Assembly: GCA_945860255.1 (NCBI GenBank)
Contig: CAMAQI010000002.1
Coordinates: 1-39,666, forward strand
DNA: 39,666 nucleotides
Direction: 5' to 3'
DNA from: Methylacidiphilum caldifontis
GTDB taxonomy: Bacteria > Verrucomicrobiota > Verrucomicrobiia > Methylacidiphilales > CAMAQI01
How positions within the stretch are numbered: position 1 is the first letter of the stretch; each line of letters opens with the position of its first letter. The notes under the pieces are model-generated. The model was not told the DNA's origin and did not search any database. It worked only from the letters and a program-made list of their open reading frames with translations. A program made the translations under genes and the position numbers. Below are positions 26,808 through 34,900 of this stretch, in pieces.

Positions 26808-27488
26808 TTGTTTTTTGTTTTTCTCTTATTGATGGGCTGTCAGAAAAACGATCCCAAAAACAATCTAGAGCGCCGTCAAATTCAGGTGATTGGAACTGCG
26901 ACTCGAACGATGAAACCGGATCAACTAAAAATCACGGTCATGGTTAATCTTCAAGAGAAGAATATGAAGATTGCAAAGGATCGGATGGATTTGGCGCAAG
27001 GGGAGGTTTGGGCGGTGTTAAAGAAACTCTCCATTGAACAAGAAAACATTGAGGAGTCAGGAATTCAGTTTCATCGTCAAATGGATTATCAGTCGAAGCA
27101 ATTGCTCTATTATGCTTCGAATTCGATCCAGTTTAAGATTAAAGATTTTACGATTTATGATTCTTTGGTTAATGCGCTGACGGTGATTCCGGATGTAAAT
27201 CTCAACTCTCCGCAGCCGGTGATTTCAAATGAGCGAGAGATTCGTGACGAGGTGAGGAGTGAGGCGGTGGTTGATGCGAAGAAAAAGGCGGAGTCGATGT
27301 TGAAACCGTTGGGATTGAAATTAGGAAAACCGATTTTGATGAGTGAGTCGGGAGGAATGATGCCGATACATGAGAATATGATGGTAAAATCGGTTTCGAT
27401 GAGAGCGGCGAGCCGACCTGAGGAGTTTGCGGCTGGAAATCAGGAGATCGAAGTCCAAGTGAATGTGCAGTTTGAGATTGAAGAGTAG
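26808..27488 (+). CDS. SIMPL/DUF541 (BP26/Omp28-like) lipoprotein
   Basis: Lipobox LLLMGC. IQVIGTATRTMKPDQLKITVMV is typical of SIMPL-domain proteins. TTG start at 26808, first ATG at 26832. Confidence 0.75.
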   Translation: MFFVFLLLMGCQKNDPKNNLERRQIQVIGTATRTMKPDQLKITVMVNLQEKNMKIAKDRMDLAQGEVWAVLKKLSIEQENIEESGIQFHRQMDYQSKQLLYYASNSIQFKIKDFTIYDSLVNALTVIPDVNLNSPQPVISNEREIRDEVRSEAVVDAKKKAESMLKPLGLKLGKPILMSESGGMMPIHENMMVKSVSMRAASRPEEFAAGNQEIEVQVNVQFEIEE

Positions 27489-27493
27489 AATGG

Positions 27494-27685
27494 AGAGGGA
27501 TTAACCGCCACTCCCTGCGTGATAACGCAATTAAAAATAGGAAACCATTTGGAGAGCCGAGGGTAGGCAACTAGAAGCTGGGGTGAGAAGGGGCTTCGTA
27601 GGAAAAGTCAACCCCGACAATGAGTCGAGGCAGGTAAACGGCATGTAAAGAGAGTATAACCACTCATTTGCACTTATTTAGCTCA
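27494..27685 (+). repeat. E-type repeat (E3) with ~85-bp internal insertion
   Basis: gagggattaaccgccact ... caaccccgacaatgagtcgaggcagg ... ataaccactcatttgcacttattta. Confidence 0.75.
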
Positions 27686-27709
27686 TAAAATCTTAAACCT
27701 AGGTCTTTT

Positions 27710-28093
27710 TTACGTCGCTAGTTTTAATCCTGCGCTGACAAAGAGACCAAAGTCGTTTGAATTAAGGGTTGCAAACATAGCATGATGTTCGATGGCCGAT
27801 GCGGCGATAAAAGAGTCGAAACGAAGATCTCTTTTTCGTTGGGCTTGATTGAAGAGACGAGCAGAAATTTGGGCTGTTTGTTCGGTAAACGGATGAATAC
27901 GTCCCTCGATCATTTGCAGAACAAGATCGGTCTGACTTTTCTCCACGGGTCCATTGAGAAATTCAGCCCAGACGACTGCACTCACGCTTATCTTTTTTCC
28001 TGTTTGAATCCACTGGGTCAGGTTTTGGATGACTGGGGGATGTTTTGCGATAACGCCGATCAGGTAGTTGGTGTCGAGGTGAATGAGGTCCAT
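27710..28093 (-). CDS. vapC: PIN-domain toxin (VapC family)
   Basis: MDLIHLDTNYLIG ... FIAASAIEHHAMFATLNSNDF acidic PIN residues. Confidence 0.8.
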   Translation of the reverse strand: MDLIHLDTNYLIGVIAKHPPVIQNLTQWIQTGKKISVSAVVWAEFLNGPVEKSQTDLVLQMIEGRIHPFTEQTAQISARLFNQAQRKRDLRFDSFIAASAIEHHAMFATLNSNDFGLFVSAGLKLAT

Positions 28094-28374
28094 TGTTTTT
28101 CTTCGCGTTGTGAATAGGCTTTTCGAGATTCGTTTATTTCAGCTAGCCAAGTTTTAGCAGTCTCCGGAGAGATCGAATTATTTTGAAGGGCTTGAAGTGC
28201 AGCAAGCGGGGTCACTTTTTCTTGAATGGAACGGGCTTCCGCCTCTGCTCCACGATCGATTAATTGTCGAAGCGTCTCCGATTTTGAGATTTTCCACTGT
28301 TTTGCAAGCCAATTGAGGTTATCGACCGTCTTTGGTTCAAGGCTGTAGCTGGAACGAATAATTGTTAGTGGCAT
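28060..28374 (-). CDS. Ribbon-helix-helix (CopG-like) antitoxin
   Basis: MPLTIIRSSYSLEPKTVDNLNWLAKQWKISKSETLRQLIDRG. Lies upstream of VapC and overlaps it. Promoter reads TTGATT, 16 nt, TATGCT, 7 nt, ATG(28374). Confidence 0.65.
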   Translation of the reverse strand: MPLTIIRSSYSLEPKTVDNLNWLAKQWKISKSETLRQLIDRGAEAEARSIQEKVTPLAALQALQNNSISPETAKTWLAEINESRKAYSQREEKQWTSFTSTPTT

Positions 28375-28525
28375 AATGAGTAGCATAACAAATTTCCTAG
28401 ATAAATCAAATCTTAAGAGGATGATAAATCAATGCCTCTTAGGAATGCACGAATGCATGGAAAGAAATTTTCTTCTTAAAAAAAATTAAACTATCATTTT
28501 CCTGCATTGCTGTCTTATCAGGACT

Positions 28526-29329
28526 CTAAAATGGAATTTTCCTTCGGTATGGTATCGCTGTAAATAAATGGATCATGAGCATCCCTCCTGTAAGATCAGC
28601 AAATGAAACGAGCGATAATATCCCTAAATGCATCCCCCCCATCCAGAGCCATGGAATCCATCGAAATTTTGGAATAAGAGCTAATGGTAATGCCATCACT
28701 TCGCCCGCCAATGCAAACCAAGTTAGTCCATGAATTATCCCTTCGGGCATTTTGAGAAACCAATCTCTGAGAAAGTAATCTCGGGCAAGTGGATTTTGTG
28801 CCATATGGATCAATGCTGTCCCATCTTGCCAACTCGGACTTTGGATTTTGAGTATCCCACTAAACGTGTAACCCGCCATCAAAAGTATCCATGCTACCCA
28901 CCATGCTTCATAGGGAAGTCGGCCTTCTTTCCATTTTGATTCGTGTGGCATAACAGCCAACAAAAGATAGAGTAGCCCAAGATACGGAACTGAGGGATTA
29001 AGGGTTAGAGGATTTTGATGAAAAAGTGCTGTGGCTCCGTACCACAAAAATGCGGAACACGTTCTCCGATAATAATTCGTTAGGAGCCCACAAGATGCCA
29101 GACAAAGTGCAATCAACCAAAACAATATGCCTGTCGGTGTTCCAATCCAAGCGAGAGGATTTGGAAAGAGTCGATAAAGAGGATGAATACGCGGATCGGT
29201 GAAGATCCCTTGATTGCTAAAGAGTTCAGCTCCATAAGGAATGAGTGTGGCAAAATGCCAAAAACTGAAACAACCAAACAAAATTCTGAATTTTTGAAAG
29301 GGAGTTGTTTTCATTGCGTGTATTCCCAT
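28526..29329 (-). CDS. HTTM-domain-like polytopic membrane protein (SdpB-like?)
   Basis: FQKFRILFGCFSFWHFATLIPYGAELFSNQGIF resembles the HTTM N-terminal signature. Multiple TM segments. Confidence 0.5.
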   Translation of the reverse strand: MGIHAMKTTPFQKFRILFGCFSFWHFATLIPYGAELFSNQGIFTDPRIHPLYRLFPNPLAWIGTPTGILFWLIALCLASCGLLTNYYRRTCSAFLWYGATALFHQNPLTLNPSVPYLGLLYLLLAVMPHESKWKEGRLPYEAWWVAWILLMAGYTFSGILKIQSPSWQDGTALIHMAQNPLARDYFLRDWFLKMPEGIIHGLTWFALAGEVMALPLALIPKFRWIPWLWMGGMHLGILSLVSFADLTGGMLMIHLFTAIPYRRKIPF

Positions 29330-29802
29330 CGCTCAGTTCGTCCACGCGTTTGGGTTTGGATCTGTATTTTAACCTGTTCTGCGTCGTGAGGTATTTGAAG
29401 CACTTCACGAAGTACTCCTGGCTTCTGTAAAGCGTATCTCCAAACTGTCTGACGAACTGGTTCTGATAAACGTGGTGCATACGCGATGGCAGCTCCATAA
29501 ACATTTCGACGAAAATAGGGCCCCTGAAGTTTAGCATAAAGCTCTGGTGTGATCTCTTGTTCCCAAAATGGAACCGTCTCATTATTGCGAAATGCTTGCA
29601 TGACAAATTTCGAGGCAAATGGCTCTAAGCCCTGTGCATCACAAAATACTTTTGGATATGGCGAAAATCCATAAGCAAGCCCGAGTCCCTTGAGTAAGCC
29701 CATATTAAAAATTTCCCCTAACATGGCCCAAAATCCGATAAAAAGAATGATCAGATAATGGAATTTTATCATTTTCATATTTTTGGAATCTGACATTTCC
29801 AA
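29311..29802 (-). CDS. Hypothetical N-terminally anchored 163-aa protein (possible SdpA-like partner)
   Basis: Overlaps both neighbouring genes (operon). One N-terminal TM segment. No motif recognised with certainty. Confidence 0.45.
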   Translation of the reverse strand: MEMSDSKNMKMIKFHYLIILFIGFWAMLGEIFNMGLLKGLGLAYGFSPYPKVFCDAQGLEPFASKFVMQAFRNNETVPFWEQEITPELYAKLQGPYFRRNVYGAAIAYAPRLSEPVRQTVWRYALQKPGVLREVLQIPHDAEQVKIQIQTQTRGRTERWEYTQ

Positions 29803-30584
29803 CGTTTAGAGCACCCGAAACAGGAAGGGAGTATTTGAAGCGGTGGTTTTTGATCGAGTTCTTGAGAATGCACATCGCGAAAAGCAAGGATGTCATCAAA
29901 ACGATCTTCTTTCTCTGGTTCAAATCCGCAAATCTGTGGAGTCACTTTAGGATTATAAAATGATCTAAAGATCATGTCCCAAAGTGGAAGATCTGCAAAA
30001 TTTTGCGTATGATGATTACGCTGATGGTGAACCCGGTGGGACTCCGGGCGTTGAATTAAATAACCAACCCAGTGCGGGGTCCGTACATTCCAGTGGTAAA
30101 AGTACTCTGCCAATGCGATGAGATAAGTGTAGATTACGCCACTCATCGAACTGCATCCGAGTATCGGATAGATGAGAAGTGTGCTGATCCAAGAATTAAT
30201 CAGGATTTCAACAGGATGTTTGTAGAAGCTAGTTAGAACTTCTATTCTATTTGCTGAATGATGGAGTTGATGACAAACCTTCCAAAAAAATTGCGACTGA
30301 TGTCGATATCGATGCCAGAAATAATATACCCCTGTAGAAATAAAATAGGCGATAAACGCTGCTACGGTGTCGGAAAAGAGATCTTGAAAATGAAAGAATG
30401 AAAATCCTTGTATCCATTTTTCCCAGAGCACTCCTGCGAGTATAATGACAAGTGCTTGAATTACATTTAATAATACAATCCTCTGCCACCAGCCAGGAAC
30501 TTGAGGTAGTTTTTCATTCGGCCAAATTCTTTCAGCACAGATCATCAGTACTGCCACTGTGATGAGGACAAAGATCGTGATCAT
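29775..30584 (-). CDS. Fatty acid hydroxylase / sterol desaturase superfamily membrane protein
   Basis: Histidine boxes HRYRH, HQLHHS and HRVHHQRNHH in a polytopic membrane protein. Confidence 0.85.
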   Translation of the reverse strand: MITIFVLITVAVLMICAERIWPNEKLPQVPGWWQRIVLLNVIQALVIILAGVLWEKWIQGFSFFHFQDLFSDTVAAFIAYFISTGVYYFWHRYRHQSQFFWKVCHQLHHSANRIEVLTSFYKHPVEILINSWISTLLIYPILGCSSMSGVIYTYLIALAEYFYHWNVRTPHWVGYLIQRPESHRVHHQRNHHTQNFADLPLWDMIFRSFYNPKVTPQICGFEPEKEDRFDDILAFRDVHSQELDQKPPLQILPSCFGCSKRWKCQIPKI

Positions 30585-30630
30585 TTGAATTATTTATTAA
30601 ATTGTTTTTCTTTTCTGATTCAAATGGTCT

Positions 30631-31233
30631 TTATTCACCGAGGCCGACGGAGCCAAGGCCGCCGCCTTTTTCTTTGTAGACGGTATCGATCGCGAGTCCT
30701 GCCATGAGGAGGAGGAGGGCGTTTTTCGGAGCATGGATCGTGACCATGTAGCTGTCGGCGGTTGTGAAGAGTTCTTTGAGCGTGCTTTCCCATTTTTTGC
30801 TGACATTGCCGAGTTCTTGTCCTTCTTTATCGAGAAACTTGAAATTCCAGCCGATCCAGTTTCCTTTGACCTCTGCAATTTGATTTTCGTTGGCATCAAA
30901 GACGTTGAATCCGCCACCAATACTGATCCATTTCGACAGAAAGTGACCGACCTTTTGTTCTTCGCTATTGAGGATCAAGACTTTGCTTCTCCAGAAGGTA
31001 AAACCGCGATAGAGAATGGCCGAGGGCTTTGATTGTCCCTCTTCCGTGATTTCGATGCGGGTAGAAATAATGCGGTTTCCCAGCACCATCGTCAGGAGTT
31101 GTTTCCACCACGGTTTGATCTCCTTAGCAACGGCGATCTTTTGTCCGGTCCTCGGATCAAGGATGTCGTAGGTATCTTTGATTTTGAGAAGGCCGACTTG
31201 TTCCCGAATGAGGTATTGGGTGAGATTAAACAT
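30631..31233 (-). CDS. Phospholipid scramblase / LURP-one-related (Tubby-like fold) family protein
   Basis: LIREQVGLLKIKDTYDILDPRTGQKIAVAKE and a repeated beta-strand pattern resemble bacterial scramblase-family proteins. Confidence 0.5.
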   Translation of the reverse strand: MFNLTQYLIREQVGLLKIKDTYDILDPRTGQKIAVAKEIKPWWKQLLTMVLGNRIISTRIEITEEGQSKPSAILYRGFTFWRSKVLILNSEEQKVGHFLSKWISIGGGFNVFDANENQIAEVKGNWIGWNFKFLDKEGQELGNVSKKWESTLKELFTTADSYMVTIHAPKNALLLLMAGLAIDTVYKEKGGGLGSVGLGE

Positions 31234-31508
31234 AGATTAGAGGTAGTCGATAAGGGGGGAGTCGTCAAATCCTCCAATCCCCAAGCCGGTTTTGTTTTAG
31301 GCGCTTATCCTAGATGAAATATTTTAAGCTGAGAAGGATGCGGTGTTTGCTTGGGGATGAAGTGCTATCGCACGGGGATGTTGGTAAGGGAGGAAAAGGG
31401 CTTAGAGAGGTTTAATTTTCGTGTCCATTGGTGTCCATTCGTGGTTGGGAATTTTGTTTTCACTTTTTCTCTCTCTAGTCGAGTGAGGAGGAATTGACTA
31501 CTCCAAAA
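31234..31508 (+). repeat. B-type composite repeat, copy 1 (~275 bp)
   Basis: Near-identical to 31959-32226. Contains stem tccccaagc (31278-31286) / gcttgggga (31349-31357), a solo tri-heptad arm (31418-31446) and hairpin tagtcga-N11-tcgacta. Confidence 0.9.
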
Positions 31509-31510
31509 GA

Positions 31511-31795
31511 ATGAAGGTATGGAAAGTGGTTTACCGCATAGAAGCACTGGTCGATATTGAAAATTTCGTGGTCTATTGTGAGAGATCTGATGCTTCGCAA
31601 AAATTTACAAATGTGATGATGGATCAAATTGCATCGCTTCAACGAAATCCCTATCGCTTTCGTTCAGTTTCGAATAGATCTGGTTATCGTCGGATGCTTT
31701 TTCGGCCATTCCAAGTTTTTTATGAGATCGATGAAACCACACAAACGGTGAGAGTCATGCGTGTTTGGCACTCAGCAAGGGACCTTTGGGAGTAG
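31511..31795 (+). CDS. parE: ParE/RelE-family toxin
   Basis: VVYRIEALVDIENFVVY ... GYRRMLFRPFQVFYEIDETTQTVRVMRVWHSARD follows the ParE pattern. Confidence 0.7.
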   Translation: MKVWKVVYRIEALVDIENFVVYCERSDASQKFTNVMMDQIASLQRNPYRFRSVSNRSGYRRMLFRPFQVFYEIDETTQTVRVMRVWHSARDLWE

Positions 31796-31954
31796 TTTTA
31801 GAGGGACGGATTTTTTGAAAAGAGTGGCAATTCTTTGTCGTGCCACATGTTCTGGAATATCGTGGGTAAGACCCACTCCCTGAATCGCTTCATCCAAAGC
31901 AGCTAAAGCAGCAGGGGAAATTTCAACGGATTTTTGGGAAGCGATTTTGGACAT
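31772..31954 (-). CDS. Small antitoxin-like protein, convergent with and overlapping the ParE-like gene
   Basis: 60 aa with ISPAALAALDEAIQG..DIPEHVARQRIATLF. Canonical promoter reads TTGACG, 17 nt, TACAAT, 6 nt, ATG(31954). Confidence 0.5.
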   Translation of the reverse strand: MSKIASQKSVEISPAALAALDEAIQGVGLTHDIPEHVARQRIATLFKKSVPLKLLPKVPC

Positions 31955-31958
31955 GAGA

Positions 31959-32226
31959 AGATTGTAGTCGTTGGGAGGGAAGTCGTCAAATCTCCAATCC
32001 CCAAGCGGGTTTTGTTTTAGACTCTTATCCTAGATGAAATATTTTAAGGTGAGAACGATGCGGTGTTTGCTTGGGGATGAAGTGCTGTCGCACGTGGATA
32101 ACGGGAGTAAATAGAGTCTAAGAAGGTTTTTAATTTTCGTGTCAATTCGTGTTCATTCGTGGTTGGGATTTTTTGGATCCACGTTTTCTCTCTCTAGTCG
32201 AGTGAGGAGGAATCGACTACTGCAAA
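31959..32226 (+). repeat. B-type composite repeat, copy 2
   Basis: Stem 31998-32006 / 32069-32077, tri-heptad arm 32136-32164. Aligns with B1 over its whole length. Confidence 0.9.
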
Positions 32227-32252
32227 TCACATGAACCTAAAAAAGCAGTTGG

Positions 32253-32387
32253 AACCACGGATATCACGGATCACACGGATTTCAAACAGTTTAGGGGAAA
32301 TTGTACGTTCACCTTGTGGGTGAAGGAAAAAACAGAGGTTAATTTTCATAAATTCTTCCATCCGTGTTATCTGTGTTATCCGTGGTT
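32253..32387. repeat. 135-bp palindromic AACCAC element (C1)
   Basis: aaccacggatatcacggatcacacggat ... atccgtgttatctgtgttatccgtggtt, with an internal hairpin ttcacc-ttgtg-ggtgaa. Confidence 0.9.
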
Positions 32388-32498
32388 AAATGGATTGCCG
32401 ATTTTAGGATGAAACTTTGCCCACATGCTCATTTAAATCATGGAAAAGCAGAGGGCCTCCCTCTATTGACAACCAAAGTGGTTGTGTTACGGTTTTTT

Positions 32499-32738
32499 AT
32501 GGTTTCAATGACGTTGAAAGATATTCCCGTGCCCGTGCATCAGGCTTTGAAATTAAGAGCGAAGGAACATGGACGGAGTCTAAATAAGGAGGCACTGGCT
32601 TGTTTGGAAAGTATTCTCCTTCCAAGGAAAGTGGATACCGATCAGTTACTAACCGAGATCCGGCGGCATCGAGAGGGGCTTCCCGGAAAATTATCCGATC
32701 AACTTCTAGAAGAGGCTCGTACGAGTGGACGTCCATGA
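32499..32738 (+). CDS. VapB-type antitoxin (Arc/FitA-like RHH)
   Basis: MTLKDIPVPVHQALKLRAKEHGRSLNKEALACLE. ATGA overlap with the PIN gene. Promoter reads TTGACA (32466-32471), 16 nt, TACGGT, 5 nt, ATG. Confidence 0.75.
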   Translation: MVSMTLKDIPVPVHQALKLRAKEHGRSLNKEALACLESILLPRKVDTDQLLTEIRRHREGLPGKLSDQLLEEARTSGRP

Positions 32739-33133
32739 TCGTTGCCGATTCTAATCTGATCGCCTATTTATTAATTCCAGGAGAGAAAAGCCTTTTGGCA
32801 GAGTCGATTTTCCTCAAAGATTCGGAATGGGCAGTCCCCCTTCTTTGTCGTTCTGAGATCCGAAATATCGTAACCCTTTATATGCGTCAGCAACAGATGA
32901 CGCTGACACAGGCGAAAGCGACTTTGGAAAAGGCGAAACTGGTTTGGAAAGAAAGGGAGTTTGCGATTCCCTCTGGAGAGATTTTAGAGCTGACCTCGCA
33001 GTATAAGGTTTCGGCGTATGATGCCGAGTTTGTGGTGCTTGCCAAAATGTTGAATATTCCTCTGCTGACTTTTGATCAGCCCCTCCGACGGATTTTTCCG
33101 ATGATTGCAGTTGACCCGATGACTTTTGCCTAA
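32735..33133 (+). CDS. vapC: PIN-domain toxin (VapC family)
   Basis: MIVADSNLIAYLL ... SAYDAEFVVLAKMLNIPLLTFDQ. Confidence 0.8.
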   Translation: MIVADSNLIAYLLIPGEKSLLAESIFLKDSEWAVPLLCRSEIRNIVTLYMRQQQMTLTQAKATLEKAKLVWKEREFAIPSGEILELTSQYKVSAYDAEFVVLAKMLNIPLLTFDQPLRRIFPMIAVDPMTFA

Positions 33134-33238
33134 ATCCCCAAGCCGGTTTTGTTTTAGGCTCTTATCCTAGATGAAATATTTTAGGGCGAGAAGGATGCGG
33201 TGTTTGCTTGGGGATGAAGTGCTGTCGCACGGGGATGG
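33133..33238 (+). repeat. B-type repeat, partial copy 3 (palindrome module only)
   Basis: Stem 33135-33143 / 33206-33214. Fills the whole gap between the convergent VapC and DUF1648 genes. Confidence 0.9.
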
Positions 33239-33239
33239 G

Positions 33240-33755
33240 TTATTTTTGAGGTTTTCGGAGAAAATAATAGTAGAGTGAGAAGACCCAGCCTCCCAAGAAG
33301 AGATGCAGGAATGTTTTATATCTCCCCATGATCTCATTATTAAAATGGGGTGGATGGCTCTGATTCGAATGTGAAACGAGATGAAAAATCATCGCCAAAA
33401 ATATCAAAAGCCCGATCGATAGGATCATGAGCATTTTTAAAATAAAGAAACAGCCTCTTGGATAATGCTCTGCCGATCTCCAATAATTGGCATTTGGGAC
33501 ATTCAGGTATTTTGAAGGGAGTTGCTGGATCACGGACCCGATACTGATTAAAAAAACTGTAATCCCAGGTCCGAACGCCAGAAAAAAAACCATGTTTTTG
33601 CTTTTTGTCATCCATCCATTAGGTGTTCCTGAACTATTAAAATGAGTCGCTACTTTTTCAGGAAGACTCCCGGATTCACGAACAATATACCCGCTATAAA
33701 GAATAAGCGTTGCTAGGAGGATAAAGATCCACCCTTTTTCTATCCGAGGTCTCAT
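33240..33755 (-). CDS. DUF1648/SdpI-like membrane protein
   Basis: SLPEKVATHFNSSGTPNGWMTKSKNMVF is typical of the DUF1648 N-terminus. Four TM segments. Confidence 0.55.
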   Translation of the reverse strand: MRPRIEKGWIFILLATLILYSGYIVRESGSLPEKVATHFNSSGTPNGWMTKSKNMVFFLAFGPGITVFLISIGSVIQQLPSKYLNVPNANYWRSAEHYPRGCFFILKMLMILSIGLLIFLAMIFHLVSHSNQSHPPHFNNEIMGRYKTFLHLFLGGWVFSLYYYFLRKPQK

Positions 33756-33783
33756 CTCTTGAGTTTAATCGATCGATTTCGAT

Positions 33784-34188
33784 TTACAACTTCATAACCT
33801 CTAGTGATGCAATCCCACTTTCGATGATTCTACGATCTGCGGTGATGAGGGGGACTTGATGATGGAGAGCTGTCGCCGTGATCATCCGATCGTCGGGATC
33901 GTCGTGGAAAGTTTGAGGAAGCTTCAAGAGTTCAAATAAAATCGGCTTGGAGAGATCGATGATTTGGATGCCGATCGATTCGGTGTAGGTATCGATGAAC
34001 TCTTGCGGAGAGAGATGGAGATGAATTCGGTTTTTCTGATGCAGTAAAATAGTTTCCCAGAGAGTGATGCTCGAGATTCCAAAAATCGAGTCATCGGGAA
34101 GATTTTTAATCGCTTCCGCGCGGGGATCTCCGAGGATCAGCCAAAGCCAGGCGTGGGTATCAAGGAGATGGGAAATGTTCTTCATCAT
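33784..34188 (-). CDS. vapC: PIN-domain toxin (VapC family)
   Basis: LLDTHAWLWLILGDP ... DPDDRMITATALHHQVPLITADRRI. Confidence 0.8.
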   Translation of the reverse strand: MMKNISHLLDTHAWLWLILGDPRAEAIKNLPDDSIFGISSITLWETILLHQKNRIHLHLSPQEFIDTYTESIGIQIIDLSKPILFELLKLPQTFHDDPDDRMITATALHHQVPLITADRRIIESGIASLEVMKL

Positions 34189-34414
34189 TGGTCCATTTCA
34201 CATCCAGAGGTTTTGTCAGATCTGTGATTACTGCGGCTTTATCTTTTCCAATCCCAAAGAGTTTTTGTGGGCTCATCGTTGTTACTTCAAGTGGTAGAAG
34301 TCGAGCCACCGGTCGTCCATGTTTAGTGATCGTGAATCCCTCGCCTGTTTCAGAAACCTGATCCATCAACTCAAGGCATTTCACCTTAAAGAGGGTTGCA
34401 GGGATGAAAGTCAT
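34160..34414 (-). CDS. Phd/YefM-type antitoxin
   Basis: FTITKHGRPVARLLP core. Overlaps the PIN gene. Promoter reads TTGATT, 16 nt, TATAGT, 6 nt, ATG(34414). Confidence 0.7.
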   Translation of the reverse strand: MTFIPATLFKVKCLELMDQVSETGEGFTITKHGRPVARLLPLEVTTMSPQKLFGIGKDKAAVITDLTKPLDVKWTNDEEHFPSP

Positions 34415-34437
34415 AAAATGACTATAAAAGTGGTTAG

Positions 34438-34522
34438 AAAATAATCAAGCCGGATTCGTGTAATATTATGCGTTTGGGAAATATTTGAGGAAGAGAGTAG
34501 TTCCGTCAGGGCTTGATTATGA
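34438..34522 (+). repeat. D-type palindromic repeat, copy 1
   Basis: Stem ataatcaagcc (34441-34451) / ggcttgattat (34510-34520) around a ~58-nt loop. Homologous to the B palindrome module. Confidence 0.85.
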
Positions 34523-34594
34523 TTGGGATCGGTTTTGTGTTTTTTTCGGCTCGGTCCTCTTGTCCCATGATCAGGCATCTACTATTAGAATATT

Positions 34595-34900
34595 ATGAAG
34601 TATGAACTGATCATTGAACCTGCGGCGGCGAAACAGCTTCAAGAATTTTTGGATTACGCTCAATTTGAGCCCGCTGCGACCCGGTTTGTGGAGGATTTAG
34701 TGAGGAGAGTCCAAATCTTAAGAGATTTCCCTAAACTAGGGAAGGGGAAGGGATTCCATAAGGGAATTAAATATCGCTGTTTGCTTGTTAAACAATGGAG
34801 GGCGATTTATCGAGTGCAAATAGAATCAAAGAAAATCACGATTTATGCTTTTTATCACCCCGCTCAGCATTTTGATATTTCCGCTTCCCTTGAGCAATAA
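34595..34900 (+). CDS. parE: ParE/RelE-family toxin
   Basis: LIIEPAAAKQLQEFLDY ... YRCLLVKQWRAIYRVQIESKKITIYAFYH. Promoter reads TTGTCC, 17 nt, TATTAG, 6 nt, ATG. Confidence 0.7.
   Translation: MKYELIIEPAAAKQLQEFLDYAQFEPAATRFVEDLVRRVQILRDFPKLGKGKGFHKGIKYRCLLVKQWRAIYRVQIESKKITIYAFYHPAQHFDISASLEQ

Noticed and set aside
32364-32498. N-terminal extensions of antitoxin ORFs (32364, 17928, 37960, 28386 starts) and ORF 25368-25607
   Set aside because: The extensions run through repeat arms or promoter hexamers and add non-homologous residues. Promoter geometry supports the internal ATGs. ORF 25368-25607 is a translation of repeat arms overlapping the lpxK start.
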